A model generated the notes under the pieces. That model searched no databases, was not told the origin of the DNA, and saw nothing but the letters and a program-made list of their open reading frames with translations. The translations under genes were made by a program, and so were the position numbers. A stretch of DNA of 64,000 bases from Candidatus Nezhaarchaeales archaeon (GTDB taxonomy: Archaea > Thermoproteota > Methanomethylicia > Nezhaarchaeales > WYZ-LMO8), in the NCBI GenBank assembly GCA_038887515.1, contig JAWAKK010000002.1, forward strand, positions 310,803-374,802, read 5' to 3'. Shown here piece by piece: positions 60,510 through 64,000 of the stretch. The number at the start of each line of letters is the position of its first letter. Within the stretch, counting starts at the first letter, position 1.

Positions 60510-62216
60510 CTAGACTTCTATACCTAATTTTTCAACCAAGTCTTTTGGTATAAGGTCTTTAACATCATCAAGGCTTTGGAGAGGTCTTCTCCCTAAAATA
60601 CGCAAAATAGCTGGCTTCGACAAGCCTGGTATGCTTTCAAGTAATTTACGATGTGCTTTATTTAAGTTAATAGGTGTCTCTATGCCTACAAGAGACCTAA
60701 AGCCGTGTCCGGTAACTACTACATCGACTTTCTCCCTGACATTACGCGGGTAGGGAAGGAAGATTAATATTGGATAAGAGCCAGCTTGTCTAGCATATGT
60801 CCCCCCTTTACTTCGCTTCTCAACATAGCAATCTTTTAATCTAGTCCAAGTTGGGGCGACCTTCCTAAGCATAGGAAGATCAACTTTAAACCTCATCTTC
60901 CTCTTGTATGCTTTAAAAAGTTTTTTGTTCCTTTTTATTACAGCATCACCTACCTCCCACATCGGTGTGTTAGGGAAAGCCATTACCTGTCTCATGTTGA
61001 TCCTTCTAACCAATAGACCCTCATCCAAGACCCTTAACATAAAGTCTAGGTTAGCTTGGTAAGTTTCTTCAGTTTCACCTTTTAATCCATGTACAAAGTT
61101 CACGCCAGGTAAGAGTTCTGGTAGGCCGTTGTAGCCTCTCTTAGCACCTATGCTATTCACTATTCGAATGGCTTCGAGAGCCTCTTCTGGGTAAACCTTT
61201 AAGTTATTTAATTTGACCACCTTTGGGTCTACAGACTCTATGCCAAATGCCGCCACGTCGCCTGGCGTATGGAACTCTACTATGACCTTACAGATTTCAA
61301 GGGCCTCTTCTTTATGATAGAAAACGGTTCCAGGGTTAACATTGTCTATATGAAGGGTTTCAAGATTTGGTGCTACAGCCCTTATACCTTTAAAGAGCTT
61401 TCTTATTGCTTCTACGTTAGGTCTTGGAAACTCTTTTTCGCCAACTTCTCTTGACTGATACGCAAAGAGATCTGGTTGCCTACCTAACCTTACGTGTCTA
61501 AGCCCAGCTTGATAAAGAGCCTCAACTTCGCTGATGATATCTTCAACCACCCTGAACTTTGGCTCACCGTAAAGAGGTTCTACGCAAAAAGAGCACCCCC
61601 CAACTATGTATCTAGGACACCCCCAGTAGGTCTCTACTTCACATATTAGGTTGAAACCGTAGTTTGGATGTTGTGCTATGATTCTTGCTCCACGTAAAGC
61701 TACCTTAGACGTAAAGTCGGGCTCTCTTTCGAAGATAGGTAAGTTAAGGTCTCGTTTGAAACCGTTTAGGGCTAATTCATAAACGTACCTCTCAAAGGCC
61801 ATGTGGAACATGTAGTCAAAGTCCCGCCAAACCTCTTTAGGTATGATCGCCGTTCTTCCTCCTTCAACCCCAAAGCCGAATGATACTACGGGCCCTACAA
61901 GCACCTTTACCGGTTCTACGAGTAGGCGGGACCAAGTCTTTAATTCGCTAAGTTTAATCGGTGTTCCGCCCAGATATTTCCCTGGAACAGCCACTCCAGC
62001 TATGAAGAATAAACAATCAAATGTGGCTAATTCTCTCAAGTAAAAATCTAAGTTACCTCTTAGCTGATCTACCGTTAAGTAAAAGACTTCAGCAAAAGGA
62101 TCTGCAAGCCATATGGCCCCGGCCGTGTATCTCGCGTAGATGTCAAGATATGGAGGGACCCCTAGACCGCTAGGTTCATCGTTATAACCATCAATTATAC
62201 AGATCCTAGGCGACAT
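60510..62216 (-). CDS. Uncharacterised archaeal radical SAM protein with TRAM-like and HhH C-terminal domains
   Basis: IIDGY.DEP.GLGVPPY, GCx6CxxC cluster motif, RRINMRQV, N.A....LESIPG. Confidence 0.8.
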   Translation of the reverse strand: MSPRICIIDGYNDEPSGLGVPPYLDIYARYTAGAIWLADPFAEVFYLTVDQLRGNLDFYLRELATFDCLFFIAGVAVPGKYLGGTPIKLSELKTWSRLLVEPVKVLVGPVVSFGFGVEGGRTAIIPKEVWRDFDYMFHMAFERYVYELALNGFKRDLNLPIFEREPDFTSKVALRGARIIAQHPNYGFNLICEVETYWGCPRYIVGGCSFCVEPLYGEPKFRVVEDIISEVEALYQAGLRHVRLGRQPDLFAYQSREVGEKEFPRPNVEAIRKLFKGIRAVAPNLETLHIDNVNPGTVFYHKEEALEICKVIVEFHTPGDVAAFGIESVDPKVVKLNNLKVYPEEALEAIRIVNSIGAKRGYNGLPELLPGVNFVHGLKGETEETYQANLDFMLRVLDEGLLVRRINMRQVMAFPNTPMWEVGDAVIKRNKKLFKAYKRKMRFKVDLPMLRKVAPTWTRLKDCYVEKRSKGGTYARQAGSYPILIFLPYPRNVREKVDVVVTGHGFRSLVGIETPINLNKAHRKLLESIPGLSKPAILRILGRRPLQSLDDVKDLIPKDLVEKLGIEV

Positions 62217-62266
62217 AACTTATTAAAAATTTCCAGTATGCTCTAATAAAGGCAGAGGAGTGTTTT

Positions 62267-63253
62267 GTGAAAGTCGGAGATGTTGGCGAGTGGGGTATTA
62301 TCGATAGGATATGGAAGATACTCACTAAAGATCCTAGCGAAATCATGGGTTCAAACGACGATGTCATCGCTAAGATCATCGGTAGAGAGCGCGTCTTAGT
62401 CGCCCACACAGATACTCTTACAGAAAGCACAGACGTCCTGCCTGGAATGACTCCTCATAGCATAGGATTTAAGTCGGTCGTAATGAACGTTAGCGATTTT
62501 GCATCTAAGGGCGTAAAGCCTCTAGGCATGCTCTTCACTCTTGGAATACCTAGGTATGCGGTTGTTGATTATGTACAAGAAATTGCGAGAGGTTGGAGGG
62601 ATGCTGCTTTGAGGTATGGTCTTTACGTATGGGGAGGGGATATAACTGAAGCTAAAGAGCTCTTCGTAAGTGGCACTATAATCGGGATGGCCAAAGAGAA
62701 GAACTTAATGAAGAGAGTGGGAGCAAGAGAAGGAGACCTAGTTGCATGTATAGGTCAGTTTGGATGGACAAGTATTGCCTATATGATGCTCCTCAAGGGC
62801 AAAAAAGCCCCTAACAAAAGGGTAGAGAGGATAGCTAAGAAGGCTGTCTATTACCCTAAGGCCTATTTAAAAGAAGGCTTAATGCTTGCACGCTTCGGTG
62901 TCGTAACGTCTTCAATGGATTGTAGTGACGGGCTTGCTTGGAGCTTACATACGTTGTGCCGTTTGAACCGTGTGGGGATGGTAATAGAGAGAATCCCTAT
63001 CCCTCCTGAGGTTTGGTGTTATGCTGAAGAGCACGACCTAGACCCCTACGACTTAGCATTATATGGTGGAGAAGAGTATGCGTTAATATTCACGTTAAAG
63101 AAAGATTACATCGATGTTATTCCTAAAAGCTTAGCCAAAAAAATACAGGTCATAGGTGAAGTAACTGCCGAAAGAAAGCTTAGGCTCATAGTTGACAATG
63201 TTGAAAGAAGCATTGATGAACGAGGATGGGAGCACTTTAAGTCTAAAGAGTAG
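62267..63253 (+). CDS. thiL: Thiamine-monophosphate kinase
   Basis: GE..II, NVSDFAS.G, GGD, MDCSDGL, GGEEY.L, GWEHF. Confidence 0.93.
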   Translation: MKVGDVGEWGIIDRIWKILTKDPSEIMGSNDDVIAKIIGRERVLVAHTDTLTESTDVLPGMTPHSIGFKSVVMNVSDFASKGVKPLGMLFTLGIPRYAVVDYVQEIARGWRDAALRYGLYVWGGDITEAKELFVSGTIIGMAKEKNLMKRVGAREGDLVACIGQFGWTSIAYMMLLKGKKAPNKRVERIAKKAVYYPKAYLKEGLMLARFGVVTSSMDCSDGLAWSLHTLCRLNRVGMVIERIPIPPEVWCYAEEHDLDPYDLALYGGEEYALIFTLKKDYIDVIPKSLAKKIQVIGEVTAERKLRLIVDNVERSIDERGWEHFKSKE

Positions 63254-63327
63254 AGCATTGTTTTTAACTAGAAAGAGAATGTAAACAAAACCATAACCCC
63301 GGTAGCCGCGACCTAACTATTATTTAA

Positions 63328-63400
63328 AGCCCCGGGCGGGGTTCGAACCCGCGACCTGCCGCTTACGAGGCGGCCGCCATAACCGCTAGGCAACCGGGGC
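63328..63400 (-). tRNA. tRNA-Thr(CGT)
   Basis: GCCCCGG/CCGGGGC acceptor, U73, GCCGC-CTCGTAA-GCGGC. Confidence 0.93.
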
Positions 63401-63557
63401 TCTCTTTCATCTTTCCTTTCTACGCTTTAAGATAAAACTTACTTTAAAGAGTATTAGGCTTGACGAGACCGCGACTCTAATTTTTCTGATAACCATGTTT
63501 ATCATTAGGTCTCGACACGAAATTAATATAATACGCTTTGTAGTCATGAATAGGCGA

Positions 63558-63671
63558 GCGGGGGTGGCCGAGCTAGGTCAAAGGCGCGGGACTGAGGCAC
63601 GGCATTACCATAAAGCCGCTCGATTCCCGTGGCGTAGGCCTTCGTGGGTTCAAATCCCACCCCCCGCACCA
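63558..63671 (+). tRNA. tRNA-Leu(GAG) with 26-nt intron (best fit 38/39, 63599-63624), CCA encoded
   Basis: GCGGGGG acceptor, long variable arm, helix TGAG/CTCG, intron stem CGGC/GCCG. Confidence 0.92.
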
Positions 63672-63736
63672 ATACCCCTAGTTCTGGTGCGGTTACCATA
63701 AGCCCAACTTTTAAGTTTTCAGGTACAGAGTTTAAT

Positions 63737-64000
63737 GTGACTGCGGATATACATGATTATGCTGGTAGACTTCGGAGTGCTAGGGAGAGACTTAGTCGGC
63801 TGGAGAACAGCAGCCTACTATTATCATTCATAGATCATTTGAGCGCTCTTGGATTATCGGCTGGTAGGGTTGCTAAGTACGCTAACCAGCTGTGCACACT
63901 GATGAAGAACTGTTCATTCGACCAGGCTAAGGCTGATAGGCGTATGGTTGAGCGCGTAATAGCCTGGATAAACAGCCAGCCGTATAAGTCTTCGACTAAG
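63737..64000 (+). mobile_element. N-terminus of a tyrosine recombinase/integrase (runs off window); left edge of a tRNA-Leu-integrated element
   Basis: 88 open codons MTADIHDYAGRL...FIDHLSALGLSAGRVAKYANQL...WINSQPYKSSTK, 65 nt after the tRNA CCA. Confidence 0.68.

Noticed and set aside
1-64000. CRISPR array, rRNA genes, IS transposases, inteins
   Set aside because: No regularly spaced repeats, rRNA-like tracts or transposase motifs seen; MCM and RFC are normal length

Overview
Archaeal chromosome segment of the TACK/Thermoproteota type (inferred from GINS23, a crenarchaeal-type cbf5 mRNA intron, non-canonical tRNA introns and gene order; exact lineage not determinable here). Most of it is housekeeping: replication/repair (hel308, mcm, gins23, rfcS/L, cdc6), Moco (moaB/C), ribosomal and translation clusters (L15-secY-L34e-cmk-L14e-cbf5; S19e-L39e-L31e-eIF6-LX-pfdA-ftsY; secE-spt5-L11-L1-L10-L12-alaS), RNA modification and cofactor/polyamine genes. 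There are 12 complete tRNA genes (7 intron-containing, several at non-canonical positions, including a tRNA-His whose anticodon is split) and three C/D-box sRNA candidates. The accessory zone is about 24.1-27.7 kb, right after tRNA-Ser. It holds a radical SAM/SPASM maturase with an unannotated 37-aa CbpA-like precursor peptide (candidate archaeal RiPP system). It also holds a decayed, diverged second copy of the 29.1-34.3 kb block that ends in a perfectly conserved tRNA-Thr 5' half. cdc6 and an ABC ATPase each carry a -1 frameshift, hel308 and dph5 appear to use ATC and CTG start codons, and an integrase begins just after tRNA-Leu(GAG) at the right edge. All calls are from reading the sequence; no searches were run.
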